Part shown: positions 28,566 through 39,718 of the stretch, one piece after another | Layout of the letters: every line of letters starts with the position of its first letter | Numbering within the stretch: the first letter of the stretch is position 1 | Assembly: GCA_964437665.1 (NCBI GenBank) | Contig: CAYTHS010000005.1 | Span: forward strand, 1-56,071 | DNA length: 56,071 nt | From: an uncultured Oscillospiraceae bacterium | GTDB lineage: Bacteria > Bacillota > Clostridia > Christensenellales > CAG-138 | Direction: 5' to 3' | The notes under the pieces: model-generated | What the model was told of the DNA's origin: nothing | Seen by the model: the letters and a program-made list of their open reading frames with translations, nothing else | Database searches by the model: none | Translations under genes and position numbers: made by a program

Positions 28566-28939
28566 CGCCCGTTCTCCTCCCCGCCGGCGACCTCTATCGC
28601 AATGCCGTTCGGCATGCAGATAATCCAGTTGTCCAACTCCAGTCCCTCCATATCATATGGGTCGATCGTACCGTGCTTAACGCAGATTTGGTTTTTACAG
28701 GTGGAGTGCTCCATCCGCACGCCGGTTTCGTCGATTACGATCACATTGACCATGCCGTTTCCCTGATCGATGGTGATGGTTTGGTAATCGTCCGCCGAAA
28801 CACTCGCATACACTTCGCCGTGCAGATAGATCGTCACCGTCGCACCGGCCGGGGCGGCCATGACGAAGCGCGAAACAACAAATGCCAGCGCCGCCAGCAG
28901 CAGCACGCCGCCGATAATCAGCCAGTCTTTTTTCCGCAT
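28562..28939 (-). CDS. NusG domain II-containing exported protein
   Basis: MRKKDWLII signal anchor; STCKNQICVKHG.I and IICMPN. Confidence 0.85.
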   Translation of the reverse strand: MRKKDWLIIGGVLLLAALAFVVSRFVMAAPAGATVTIYLHGEVYASVSADDYQTITIDQGNGMVNVIVIDETGVRMEHSTCKNQICVKHGTIDPYDMEGLELDNWIICMPNGIAIEVAGGEENGR

Positions 28940-29202
28940 TTCGCCACCGTCCTTTGCCGGAATGCACCGGTAACCGTATTGTACCATTTTTACACGCCCG
29001 CCTGCCACACGTTGCGCAAAACCATTCTGAAAAACGGCACGAAGCGCTGCGCCCCGTGCCGTTCTGGTTCTTGAGCGCCTACTGCGCTTTTGTGCCGGCG
29101 CCGCCGCAAACAGGCCGGTTTGACGCATTTTTTAACTAAATCGCAGACGAAGACATATTGTTACGATATAATAATTACAGAAATCTGTTAGGAGGTGCTG
29201 AC

Positions 29203-30216
29203 ATGAAGATACTGATGATCGGCGGAACGGGGCTGCTCGGCAGTCAGGCGGCGCGCGAGCTGATTGCGCGCAGTCATAAAGTGCGCTCCATTGCGCTGCC
29301 TCCTTTACCGGAAGGCGCGCTGCTGCCGCCCGAAATGGAACTGACGCTCGGCAACGTAAACGACATGACGGACGGGGAACTCGAGGCACACTTCCGCGGC
29401 ATGGAAGGTTTTATTTTCGCCGCGGGCGTAGACGAACGCATTGAAGGCCCGTCGCCCATATACGACTTCTTTAAAAAGTACAACATCACGCCGCTGGAAC
29501 GGCTGCTGCGCATTGCAAAGCAAAGCGGCGTAAAGCACGCCGTAATCGCCGGGTCGTATTTTACTCACTTCGCCAAAACGCGTCCGGAACTGGAACTGAC
29601 AAAGTGGCATCCTTACATCCGAAGCCGTGTCGATCAGGAAAACATGGCGCTCTCTTTTGCAAGCGATACGTTCGACGTGTCCGTGCTTGAACTGCCGTAC
29701 ATCTTCGGCGCGCAAAAAGGGCGCAAACCCGTTTGGGTGTTCCTCGTGGAAATGCTCCGTGGCATGAAAGGCGCGGCGTTTTATCCGCGCGGCGGAACTG
29801 CTATGGTCACCGTCCGGCAGGTCGGCCAGGCGTTTGCGGGCGCACTCGAAACAAACCGCGGCGGTAGTGCGTACCCCATCGGCTGGTTCAACCTGACCTG
29901 GAAAGAGCTGCTCGCAATCATGTACCGCTACATGGGCGAACCAAAAAAGAAGATCGTCACCATACCGGACTGGATGTTTGCGCTCAGCGCAAAAAAGATC
30001 GACCGCACGCGCAGAAAGGCGGGGACCGAAGGCGGGCTTTTGATGCGCAAGTTCACCGCCATGCAAACCGGCGAGCTGTTCATCGACCGTTCGCTTGGAA
30101 GCTGGCAGCTCGGCGTGACCGACGACGATATCGACGCGGCCATCGGCGAATCTGTACGGCTGAGCCTCGAAGTGCTTGAAAAGAAGACACGCGTAATCGA
30201 TATGAAGGGCGAATAA
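29203..30216 (+). CDS. NAD-dependent epimerase/dehydratase family protein
   Basis: MKILMIGGTGLLG; LELPYIFG; RBS AGGAGG. Confidence 0.85.
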   Translation: MKILMIGGTGLLGSQAARELIARSHKVRSIALPPLPEGALLPPEMELTLGNVNDMTDGELEAHFRGMEGFIFAAGVDERIEGPSPIYDFFKKYNITPLERLLRIAKQSGVKHAVIAGSYFTHFAKTRPELELTKWHPYIRSRVDQENMALSFASDTFDVSVLELPYIFGAQKGRKPVWVFLVEMLRGMKGAAFYPRGGTAMVTVRQVGQAFAGALETNRGGSAYPIGWFNLTWKELLAIMYRYMGEPKKKIVTIPDWMFALSAKKIDRTRRKAGTEGGLLMRKFTAMQTGELFIDRSLGSWQLGVTDDDIDAAIGESVRLSLEVLEKKTRVIDMKGE

Positions 30217-30257
30217 GCGCCTAAACGAGCAATAAAAAAGGCAGCCATACGGCTGCT

Positions 30258-30435
30258 CAGCTTGTCAAAAAAGTCCTTGGGATTGTTAAGGGCCGCAGCC
30301 CTTAACCCGGTTTATCCGGCGCAGCCGGAAAAATCGGAACGGGCGATTTCTCTGTGTTCTTTGCCGCTCGGGAGTCCGAAGGACGAGAGGCAAAGAACGG
30401 TTGTCCCGTCAAAAAACCAGTTTTTTGACGGCCTC
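30258..30435. mobile_element. MITE-like element inserted in a terminator, flanked by a 17-bp direct repeat
   Basis: GCAGCCATACGGCTGCT at 30241-30257 and 30439-30455; ends CAGCTTGTCAAAAAA and TTTTTTGACGGCCTC; no coding capacity. Confidence 0.7.
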
Positions 30436-30472
30436 AAAGCAGCCATACGGCTGCTATTGCATTTTCGCATCT

Positions 30473-31564
30473 TCACACATTAAACCGAAACAGCGTCACG
30501 TCCCCATCCTGCATCACATAATCCTTGCCCTCGCTGCGAACAAGGCCTTTTTCCTTGCAGGCCGCAAGCGAACCGAGTTCCGCGAGCGTTTCAAACGGCA
30601 CGATCTCCGCACGAATGAACCCCTTTTCAAAATCCGTGTGGATTTTACCCGCCGCCTGCGGCGCTTTGGTGCCGCGCGGGATTGTCCACGCACGCACTTC
30701 CTTCGGCCCGGCGGTCAGGTAACTGATGAGCCCGAGCAACCGGTAACAGGCTTTCACAAGCTGGTCGAGTCCCGACTCCGGAATGCCCATCTCCGTGAGA
30801 AACGCGCCTTTTTCGGATGGGTCGAGCGCGGAAATTTCCTCCTCCAGCTTGCAGCAGACGGTCAGCGCCTCGGCGTTTTCCGCTTTGGCGATTTCATAGA
30901 GCGTTTTAACGTGTTCGCCCGGCTCCGCGCCGATCTCGTCCTCGCCGACATTGGCGACATAGATGACCGGCTTCGACGTGAGCAAAAACAGGGTGCGCAT
31001 GGTTTCGGCCTCGTCGTCGGAAACCTCCATGCTCCGCGCAGGCTTCCCGCTCTCCAGATGCGTCTTGACCCGCTCGAGCAGCCCAATTTCCGCAAGCAAT
31101 TTTTTATCGCCGCTTTTCTGCATCTTCCGCGCGCGTTCCAGCCGTTTTTCAACGGTTTCGACGTCCGCAAAGATCAGTTCGATCGAGATGGTTTCCACGT
31201 CCCGCTTCGGATCGACGCTGCCGTCGACATGCACGACGTTTTCGTCCTCAAAACAACGCACGACGTGCACCACCGCATCTACTTCGCGGATATGCGAAAG
31301 AAACTTGTTGCCGAGGCCCTCGCCGCGGCTCGCGCCGCGCACCAAACCTGCAATATCGACAAACTCGATCGTCGTAGGCGTGTATTTTTCCGGATTGTAC
31401 ATCTCCGCCAGCACATCCAGCCGTTCGTCCGGCACCGCCACGACGCCGACGTTCGGTTCGATCGTGCAGAACGGATAGTTCGCCGCCTGCGCGCCCGCCT
31501 GCGTAATGGCGTTGAAAAGTGTGCTCTTGCCGACGTTCGGCAGGCCGATTACACCTAATTTCAT
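30473..31564 (-). CDS. ychF: Ribosome-binding ATPase YchF
   Basis: GLPNVGKST, NYPFCTIEPN, DIAGLVRGAS.GEGLGNKFL and IHTDFEKGFIRAE. Confidence 0.96.
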   Translation of the reverse strand: MKLGVIGLPNVGKSTLFNAITQAGAQAANYPFCTIEPNVGVVAVPDERLDVLAEMYNPEKYTPTTIEFVDIAGLVRGASRGEGLGNKFLSHIREVDAVVHVVRCFEDENVVHVDGSVDPKRDVETISIELIFADVETVEKRLERARKMQKSGDKKLLAEIGLLERVKTHLESGKPARSMEVSDDEAETMRTLFLLTSKPVIYVANVGEDEIGAEPGEHVKTLYEIAKAENAEALTVCCKLEEEISALDPSEKGAFLTEMGIPESGLDQLVKACYRLLGLISYLTAGPKEVRAWTIPRGTKAPQAAGKIHTDFEKGFIRAEIVPFETLAELGSLAACKEKGLVRSEGKDYVMQDGDVTLFRFNV

Positions 31565-31576
31565 AAAAGAACCTCC

Positions 31577-31786
31577 TTCTCCTTTTCTTACATTAAAGAA
31601 AAGAAGTAAAAGAAACATACGTTTTTTTTCTCTGTTCCTTTTCTTGAAAGAAAAGGAACCAAAAGAACTTGCATTAAATAGTTGCGTGTTTTAATAACGG
31701 CTCTCGTAAAACAAACTGCCGTGTTTTGCAAGAAAGAGTTTTCTTTGTTTCTTTCTTTTTCAAAAGAAAGAAAGGAAAGAAAGAAA
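31577..31786. repeat. AT-rich palindromic repeat cluster (CTTTTCTT..AAGAAAAG.AA.CAAAAGAA family)
   Basis: For example GTTCCTTTTCTTGAAAGAAAAGGAACCAAAAGAAC at 31634-31668, with an inverted copy near 31738-31774. Confidence 0.65.
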
Positions 31787-31793
31787 TCTCAGA

Positions 31794-33230
31794 TCACAGC
31801 TTCTCCCTGCCGAGTTTCAGCCGCCGGAGCGACTCTTCCCGCCCGATTAGCAGTGCGATCTCGATCGCTCCGCCGGGCGTAACGGCCTTACCCGCCATGG
31901 CGATGCGCACCGGCCAGAGCATGGTGCCGTTTTTCATGCCGTTTTCCTGCGCAAGGCCGATGAGCGTATCGTGCAGACTCTCCTGCTCCCACTCCGGCAG
32001 CGCGCTCAGTGCCGGAATCGCCAAATCCAGCACCGCGGCGGCAACCTCCGGATTGGTCTTACTTTTCTTATTCGTAAAAAGTTCCGTATCATACTCCGGC
32101 AGTACGGTCAAAAAGCCCACCATGTCCGGAATCTGCGTGAAAACTTCCACGCGCGGCTGCAGAATGCGGCAAAGCACATCCTTGTCCATTTTTGCTACGC
32201 CCGCCTGCTCATAGTACGGCAGCGCATGCTCCGTGAACGCTTCCGGAGTCAGGCGGCGCACATACTCCGCATTCATCCAGGTGAGCTTGTTCACGTCGAA
32301 GATCGCGGGGGATTTGGACATGCCCGTCACGTCGAACGCCTCTTTCAGCTCGTCCAGCGTAAAAAACTCCCGCTCGTCGCCGGGATTCCAACCCAGCAGC
32401 GCAACGTAGTTGACGATCGCCTCGCGCAGGTATCCTTTTTTCAGATAGTCTTCGTAATACGCGTCGCCATCGCGCTTGCTCAGCTTATGCGTCGCGTCGC
32501 GCATAATGGGCGTCATGTGGATATACACGGGCTTCTCCCAGCCGAACGCCTCGTAGAGCAGATTGTATTTCGGCGTGCTGGCGAGATATTCGTTACCGCG
32601 CATCACGTGCGTAATGGCCATAGCGTGGTCGTCGATTACGTTGGCGAAGTTATACGTCGGCATGCAGTCCGCTTTGATGAGAACCATGTCGTCGAGCTCC
32701 GAGCAGTCCACGCTGATGTGGCCGTAGATGAGATCGTCGAACGATACTTCGCCCGAAAGCGGAACGTTCTGGCGAATTACATACGGTTCTCCCGCGGCCA
32801 GCCGCCGCTGCACTTCTTCCGGCGAAAGATGCAGGCAATGCTTGTCGTATTTCCAGACCCCGCCTTCCGCCGCGGCTTTTTCGCGCCGCGCGTCCAGCTC
32901 CTCGTTGGTGCAGAAGCAGTAATACGCCTTGCCAGACTTAACGAGCTGCTCGGCATACGGCAGATACATGCCCTTGCGCTCGCTCTGGACATACGGGCCG
33001 TAATCGCCGCCGACGTCCGGACCTTCGTCCCAAAGCATGCCGATGTCTCTGAGCGTGTTGTAAATTACGTTCACCGCGCCCTCGACGTAACGCGACTGAT
33101 CGGTATCTTCGATGCGGAGGATGAATTTTCCCTTGTGCTTTTTCGCATAGAGATACGTATACAGCGCGCTGCGCAGGTTGCCGAGGTGCATATAACCCGT
33201 CGGAGACGGGGCAAAGCGGGTTCGAACCAT
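31794..33230 (-). CDS. gltX: Glutamate--tRNA ligase
   Basis: RTRFAPSPTGYMHLG, LRIEDTD and KLSKR. Confidence 0.96.
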   Translation of the reverse strand: MVRTRFAPSPTGYMHLGNLRSALYTYLYAKKHKGKFILRIEDTDQSRYVEGAVNVIYNTLRDIGMLWDEGPDVGGDYGPYVQSERKGMYLPYAEQLVKSGKAYYCFCTNEELDARREKAAAEGGVWKYDKHCLHLSPEEVQRRLAAGEPYVIRQNVPLSGEVSFDDLIYGHISVDCSELDDMVLIKADCMPTYNFANVIDDHAMAITHVMRGNEYLASTPKYNLLYEAFGWEKPVYIHMTPIMRDATHKLSKRDGDAYYEDYLKKGYLREAIVNYVALLGWNPGDEREFFTLDELKEAFDVTGMSKSPAIFDVNKLTWMNAEYVRRLTPEAFTEHALPYYEQAGVAKMDKDVLCRILQPRVEVFTQIPDMVGFLTVLPEYDTELFTNKKSKTNPEVAAAVLDLAIPALSALPEWEQESLHDTLIGLAQENGMKNGTMLWPVRIAMAGKAVTPGGAIEIALLIGREESLRRLKLGREKL

Positions 33231-33246
33231 GAATAACTCCTAATTT

Positions 33247-33424
33247 CTCTTGCTTTTCCTAAAAGAAAAGCAAGCAAAAGAATTTTCCCAAACTCCTCTT
33301 ACTTTTCTTAAAAGAAAAGTAAGCAAAAGAATTCTCCTTCCAGCGATGCAAAGAAAGCAAACAATCGCTATCTCTTCATCATAAAGAAAGTTTCTTTTTG
33401 TCCTTTTCTTTTTAAAGAAAAGGA

Positions 33425-33425
<1 letters not shown>
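33247..33425. repeat. AT-rich palindromic repeat cluster: two direct copies plus one inverted copy
   Basis: CTCTTGCTTTTCCTAAAAGAAAAGCAAGCAAAAGAATT (33247) and CTCTTACTTTTCTTAAAAGAAAAGTAAGCAAAAGAATT (33296); inverted copy at about 33391-33425. Confidence 0.75.
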
Positions 33426-35095
<1,670 letters not shown>

Positions 35096-35130
35096 TGCCG
35101 CTTCATCCCCTCCGAATTTTTACTTTTACC

Positions 35131-35159
35131 ATTATCGTGTACCAGCCGTAAAATGTCAA
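35131..35159 (-). promoter_or_regulatory. Sigma-A promoter of glnS
   Basis: TTGACA-N17-GATAAT on the minus strand. Confidence 0.65.
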
Positions 35160-35166
35160 CGCAAGG

Positions 35167-36543
35167 TCACCGTTTTCTGCGTTTTGCCAGCGCTTTGAGC
35201 CGGAGCGGCGTGTTGTCCTGCGGATTTTTCACGCAGTGCAAGTAGAGTTCGTGCTTGAGCCGCCCCAGCGCTTTACCCTCCGGCAACCCGGAGACCGCCA
35301 TGAGTTCTTTCCCCGTGATCTTGAGCTCCTTTTCGGAAAACGGCGTGCTGTCAAGCAGCATCTGCCGGAACAGCGTCCGCCAGCGGCTTGCAACATAGTT
35401 CGTATTGTATCCGCAGCCGCGGATGTCCGCCTCCCGCAGGAAAATCTGGTTCATCGTCCGCTCGCGTCCCCATTCGGAAAAGCGGGTGCGCAGCGTCTCC
35501 GGTTTGGCCTGATTCTGGATATCGTACATGTGTCCCCCGACCAGTGCGGACACTTCGCTGATCGTGCGGTTGGGAAAACGCAGGTCGCTTAAAATGCGCC
35601 GGGCGATTTTCTCGCTGTATTCGTCATGCGCGTAAAACCGGCCCGTTTCGTGCACACAGTCCGGCTTGCCGACATCGTGCAGCAGCCCCGCAAGCCGCAG
35701 CGCTTCTTCCGGCGGCGTTTCCGCGCAAACGTGGAAACTGTGTTCCAGAACGTCGTAACGGTGATGGTCCGGCCGCTGCGCCATGCCGCGCGCATGCTTA
35801 AACTCCGGCACAAGCGAATCCCAAACGTCCAGCTCGTCCATAAGCCGCAGCGCGCGCAGCGGCGAACGCTGTTCGTCGTTTCCAAGCTGCACATACCGCG
35901 CGTCGCAAAGTAAAATTTTCATGAGTTCCTCGCGTCTGCGTTCCGGCGCGATGTCGCAAAGCTGCGCGGCGCTGCGTTTGGCTGCGAGCCAAGTGCCCTC
36001 GTCGATTGCAAACCCCAGTTCACAGGCAAAGCGAACGAGCCGGAGCACACGCAGTGCGTCCGAGCGCATGATCTCATCCGGATCGTCGCTTGTGGCGCGC
36101 AGGATTCGTTTATTCAAATCCTCCACGCCGCCGGTCGGGTCGATCACTTCGCCCGTATGCAGGTCGGCATACATTGCGTTGACGGTAAAATCCCGCCGCC
36201 GGGCGTCATCGTCCAGGTTCGTGCCGAATGCAACGCGTTCCGGCCGGTGCGCGCCGCCGCTGGCGTACGACTCGCTGCGAAACGTCGTATGCTCGACCCG
36301 CACGTCGTTGAAATGCAGTTCCACCGTGCCCATCTCCGCCGCTTTGGGAACAACGCGAACGGCCTGCCCCGGCATCAGTTCCTCGATTTCGGCGGGCGTG
36401 AGCCGCGAGCAAACGTCGATATCGGACGGCGGGAGCTTGAGCAGCGCGTTTCGCACCAGGCCGCCGACGGCGTACGCCTCGACGTTCACGTGCCGGAACG
36501 CCCGTGCGAGCGGCGCTAGATTTTTCGGAATTTTGATCTTCAT
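35167..36543 (-). CDS. cca: CCA tRNA nucleotidyltransferase / poly(A) polymerase family with HD domain
   Basis: AVGGLVRN..DID, DARRRDFTVNA, DALRVLR and LLHDVGKP. Confidence 0.88.
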   Translation of the reverse strand: MKIKIPKNLAPLARAFRHVNVEAYAVGGLVRNALLKLPPSDIDVCSRLTPAEIEELMPGQAVRVVPKAAEMGTVELHFNDVRVEHTTFRSESYASGGAHRPERVAFGTNLDDDARRRDFTVNAMYADLHTGEVIDPTGGVEDLNKRILRATSDDPDEIMRSDALRVLRLVRFACELGFAIDEGTWLAAKRSAAQLCDIAPERRREELMKILLCDARYVQLGNDEQRSPLRALRLMDELDVWDSLVPEFKHARGMAQRPDHHRYDVLEHSFHVCAETPPEEALRLAGLLHDVGKPDCVHETGRFYAHDEYSEKIARRILSDLRFPNRTISEVSALVGGHMYDIQNQAKPETLRTRFSEWGRERTMNQIFLREADIRGCGYNTNYVASRWRTLFRQMLLDSTPFSEKELKITGKELMAVSGLPEGKALGRLKHELYLHCVKNPQDNTPLRLKALAKRRKR

Positions 36544-36674
36544 GCAGTTCCCGGTTTCCTTCTGCTCCTCTTGAAAAGCAAAAAACACTTTCTTTCGTGT
36601 TCTTATTGTACCGCAAAGAAACGGTGTTTTGCGGTTTTCCTCCCAAAAAGCAAAAAACAACAACAAAACAAATT

Positions 36675-36840
36675 CTCCTTTTTCTTTTAAGAAAAAGAGC
36701 AAAAAAGTTCTTTTCGCGTGCCTTATACCGCGGACGGCGGCAATTCGCGCCTTTCTTTAAGGGAATCGTCTTTCCCGTACGTTTGCAGCACATCCATAGA
36801 AATCTCTTTTTGATACTCTTTCTTTTAAGAAAAAGTAAAA
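36675..36840. repeat. AT-rich palindromic repeat pair upstream of cca
   Basis: CTTTTTCTTTTAAGAAAAAGAGCAAAAAAG and inverted TCTTTTTGATACTCTTTCTTTTAAGAAAAAGTA. Confidence 0.55.
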
Positions 36841-36929
36841 ACCCCGCAAAAAAGACCTTCCGTCCCACGCTTTGCAACGCGGATTCGGAAGGTTCTTTTT
36901 GATGCTTTGCGTAAACGCGGAAAACAGCT

Positions 36930-38324
36930 TTACTTTCCGCTCAGTTCCTCATGGATCGACTTCGCCGCAGTCTTGCCCGCGCCCATGGCGAGGATGACCG
37001 TCGCCGCGCCGGTGACGGTGTCGCCGCCGGCATACACGTGCGGCCGGCTCGTTTTCCCGGTTTCTTCGTCCACGATGATGCCGCCCCACTTCTGCGTTTC
37101 CAGACCGGGCGTGGTGTTTTTAATCAGCGGGTTCGGGCTGTTGCCAATGGCCACGACCACGGTACCCACGTCCAGGCGGTGTTCGCTTCCGGCCTTCGGG
37201 ACCGGTCTGCACCGTCCGCTCGCATCCGGCTCGCCAAGCTCCATTTCCACGCACGTCATGCCGCAGACATGCCCGTTTTCGTCGCCACTGATTTCCGTCG
37301 GGTTCGTGAGCAGTTTAAACACGACGCCTTCTTCTTTGGCATGGTGGACTTCCTCGACCCTCGCCGGCATTTCCTTCTCGCTCCGGCGGTAAACGATATA
37401 CACGTTTTCCGCGCCGAGGCGCTTGGCGCTCCTGGCCGCGTCCATCGCCACGTTCCCGCCGCCGATGACCGCAACGTTTTTGCCGACCTGCACGGGCGTG
37501 TCCGTCTCCGGGAAGGTATACGCCTTCATCAGGTTGATGCGCGTTAAAAATTCGTTGGCCGAATACACGCCGTTGAGGTTTTCGCCGGGGATTTTCTGGA
37601 ACCGCGGTAGTCCCGCGCCGCTGCCGATGAAGACCGCGTCGTAGCCTTCCTCTTCGAGCAGTTCGTCCAGCGTGATCGTCCGGCCGATGACCATGTTGGT
37701 TTCAATCTTTACGCCGATATCCTGCAGGGTTTTGATTTCGTCGCGCACCAGCTGCTTTGGCAGACGGAACTCCGGAATGCCATACACCAGCACGCCGCCC
37801 GGCGTATGCAGCGCTTCAAAAATCGTCACTTCGTAGCCGAGCTTGCGCAGATCGCCCGCGCAGGTCAGCCCCGCCGGACCGCTGCCGACAATCGCGACCC
37901 GCTTACCGTTGTCCGGCAGGGGTTTCGCGGGCGCGGCGCCATGCGCCATGGCGTAGTCCGCCACAAAACGCTCCAGCCGGCCGATGCCCACCGGCTCGCC
38001 TTTGATGCCGCGGACGCACTTTTGCTCGCACTGCGTTTCCTGCGGGCAGACGCGCCCGCAGACCGCCGGCAAAGCGTTCGTCGAACGGATTACCTCGTAT
38101 GCTTCAAGGAATTTCCGCTCCGCCACCAGCTGGATAAATTCGGGAATCCGCACGTTGACCGGGCAGCCCGATACGCAGGGTTTATGCTTGCAGTTGAGGC
38201 AGCGCTTGGCTTCGTCGACCGCCATTTCCTCGTCGTATCCCTGCGACACTTCAAAAAAGTTTTTGTTCCGCACTTCAGGGTCCTGCTCGCGCGAAGGCAG
38301 TTTCGTCATCCTCATATTCGGCAT
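36930..38324 (-). CDS. nfnB: NfnB/SudA-like (GltD-homologous) large subunit of electron-bifurcating transhydrogenase
   Basis: RCLNC...CVSGCP, CGRVCPQETQC, GSGPAG, YGIPEFRL, GGGNVAMD and YRRS. Confidence 0.85.
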   Translation of the reverse strand: MPNMRMTKLPSREQDPEVRNKNFFEVSQGYDEEMAVDEAKRCLNCKHKPCVSGCPVNVRIPEFIQLVAERKFLEAYEVIRSTNALPAVCGRVCPQETQCEQKCVRGIKGEPVGIGRLERFVADYAMAHGAAPAKPLPDNGKRVAIVGSGPAGLTCAGDLRKLGYEVTIFEALHTPGGVLVYGIPEFRLPKQLVRDEIKTLQDIGVKIETNMVIGRTITLDELLEEEGYDAVFIGSGAGLPRFQKIPGENLNGVYSANEFLTRINLMKAYTFPETDTPVQVGKNVAVIGGGNVAMDAARSAKRLGAENVYIVYRRSEKEMPARVEEVHHAKEEGVVFKLLTNPTEISGDENGHVCGMTCVEMELGEPDASGRCRPVPKAGSEHRLDVGTVVVAIGNSPNPLIKNTTPGLETQKWGGIIVDEETGKTSRPHVYAGGDTVTGAATVILAMGAGKTAAKSIHEELSGK

Positions 38325-38325
38325 G

Positions 38326-39189
38326 TCAGTTCCCTCCCCGCTTCGTCTGCAGGTCCACGTCCATAAGGTTGCAGGCCTTGCGCTCCATACTCGTGGCCTC
38401 TTCCTTGCGGTACATCCGGCTGCGGGCGATCGCTTCGTCCCAGTCGACCTCGTGTCCGTCGAAGTCCGGCCCGTCCACGCAGGCAAACTTCGTTTCGCCG
38501 CCGACCGTCACGCGGCAGCTGCCGCACATACCCGTGCCGTCCACCATGATCGGGTTCATGGAAATGACCGTCGGAATATCGTACTGTTTGGTCAGGTTGC
38601 AGACCGCGCGCATCATCACCAGCGGGCCGATGGCGATCACGTGGTCGTATTTTACGCCGGCTTTGAGCTGTTCTTCCAGCGCGGTGGTCACAAAGCCCTT
38701 GTGACCGTTGCTGCCGTCGTCCGTCATAATGTAGAGGTTCTTGCTCGCGGCTTTCAGCTCGTCGATGAGAATCATCAGGTCGGTATTGCGGAAGCCGACG
38801 ATCGTGTCCACGTCCGCGCCGAGCTCGTGCAGCGCCTTTGCCTGCGGATACGCGATCGCCACGCCGAGGCCGCCGCCGATAACCGCGACCTTCTTCATGC
38901 CTTCCAGTTCGCTGGCTTTCCCCAGCGGTCCGACGAAATCCAAAATGGAATCGCCTTCTTTCAGGCAGTCCAGCCGCTTGGTGGTATAGCCCACCTTCTG
39001 GAAGATGATCGTCACCGTTCCGCGCTCTTTGTCCGTCCCCGCCACCGTCAACAAAATGCGCTCCCCGTTTTCGTCTACACGCAGGATGATGAACTGTCCC
39101 GCCTTCGCCTTCCTCGCGATATACGGCGCGTCCACCTCCATCAGCGTCACCGTCTCGTGCAACGCCCGTTTCTTTTCGATCCGATACAT
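38326..39189 (-). CDS. nfnA: NfnA/SudB-like small subunit (FAD, [2Fe-2S])
   Basis: AGQFIILR, GPLG and MVDGTGMCGSCR...FACVDGPDFD. Confidence 0.87.
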   Translation of the reverse strand: MYRIEKKRALHETVTLMEVDAPYIARKAKAGQFIILRVDENGERILLTVAGTDKERGTVTIIFQKVGYTTKRLDCLKEGDSILDFVGPLGKASELEGMKKVAVIGGGLGVAIAYPQAKALHELGADVDTIVGFRNTDLMILIDELKAASKNLYIMTDDGSNGHKGFVTTALEEQLKAGVKYDHVIAIGPLVMMRAVCNLTKQYDIPTVISMNPIMVDGTGMCGSCRVTVGGETKFACVDGPDFDGHEVDWDEAIARSRMYRKEEATSMERKACNLMDVDLQTKRGGN

Positions 39190-39346
39190 GCTCTCTCCTT
39201 TCGAATCAGGCAACAGAAATTGAAATCCCGTTCAGTATAGCGCATTCTTTCGCAAAATGGAAGCAATCGATAAAAAAATATCGATTATTTCCCCACGCAC
39301 CCTCTTTTGCGAAGCAAACGACCGGAAAACCTGCGTTTTTTCAGCG

Positions 39347-39685
39347 TCAATCCCAATCGATCAGGCCGAGGCTATCGAGATAGCGTTCACCGTATTCCAT
39401 ATAGTCCTCGACGAGCCGGAGCATGTACATCTTATAGTCGGGGAATCGTTCGCTCATACGCGCGTGCATGTAATCGTAAGCCGCGTCGTCGTCGTATACC
39501 TCGCCTTCGTCCACGCGGGTTTCGTGCATAAACGCCTCGTCCAGCGCCATCACCGCGTCGAGCATACTTTCGAAGGTTTTTACGTCCGTCACGTCCCGAA
39601 AATCGCCCTGTTTTTCAAAACAGTCCAGGATATACTCTTTTGCCTCGGCTTTGTCGTATTCCTTTTGTTCGGTGTTGTTTTCCAT
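39347..39685 (-). CDS. Small acidic hypothetical protein
   Basis: 112 aa ORF with RBS GGGAG, fits between pepF and nfnA. Confidence 0.75.
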   Translation of the reverse strand: MENNTEQKEYDKAEAKEYILDCFEKQGDFRDVTDVKTFESMLDAVMALDEAFMHETRVDEGEVYDDDAAYDYMHARMSERFPDYKMYMLRLVEDYMEYGERYLDSLGLIDWD

Positions 39686-39718
39686 ATGTGTTTTCGCTCC
39701 CTGCAGAAAAATTCCGCT

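Noticed and set aside
33247-33333. Two 38-bp direct repeats as a possible CRISPR array
   Set aside because: Only two copies with an 11-bp spacer and no cas genes; they belong to the dispersed AT-rich palindrome family.
36930-38324. Calling this gene gltD of the glutamate synthase
   Set aside because: It is paired directly with an NfnA/SudB-type gene, which is the NfnAB arrangement.
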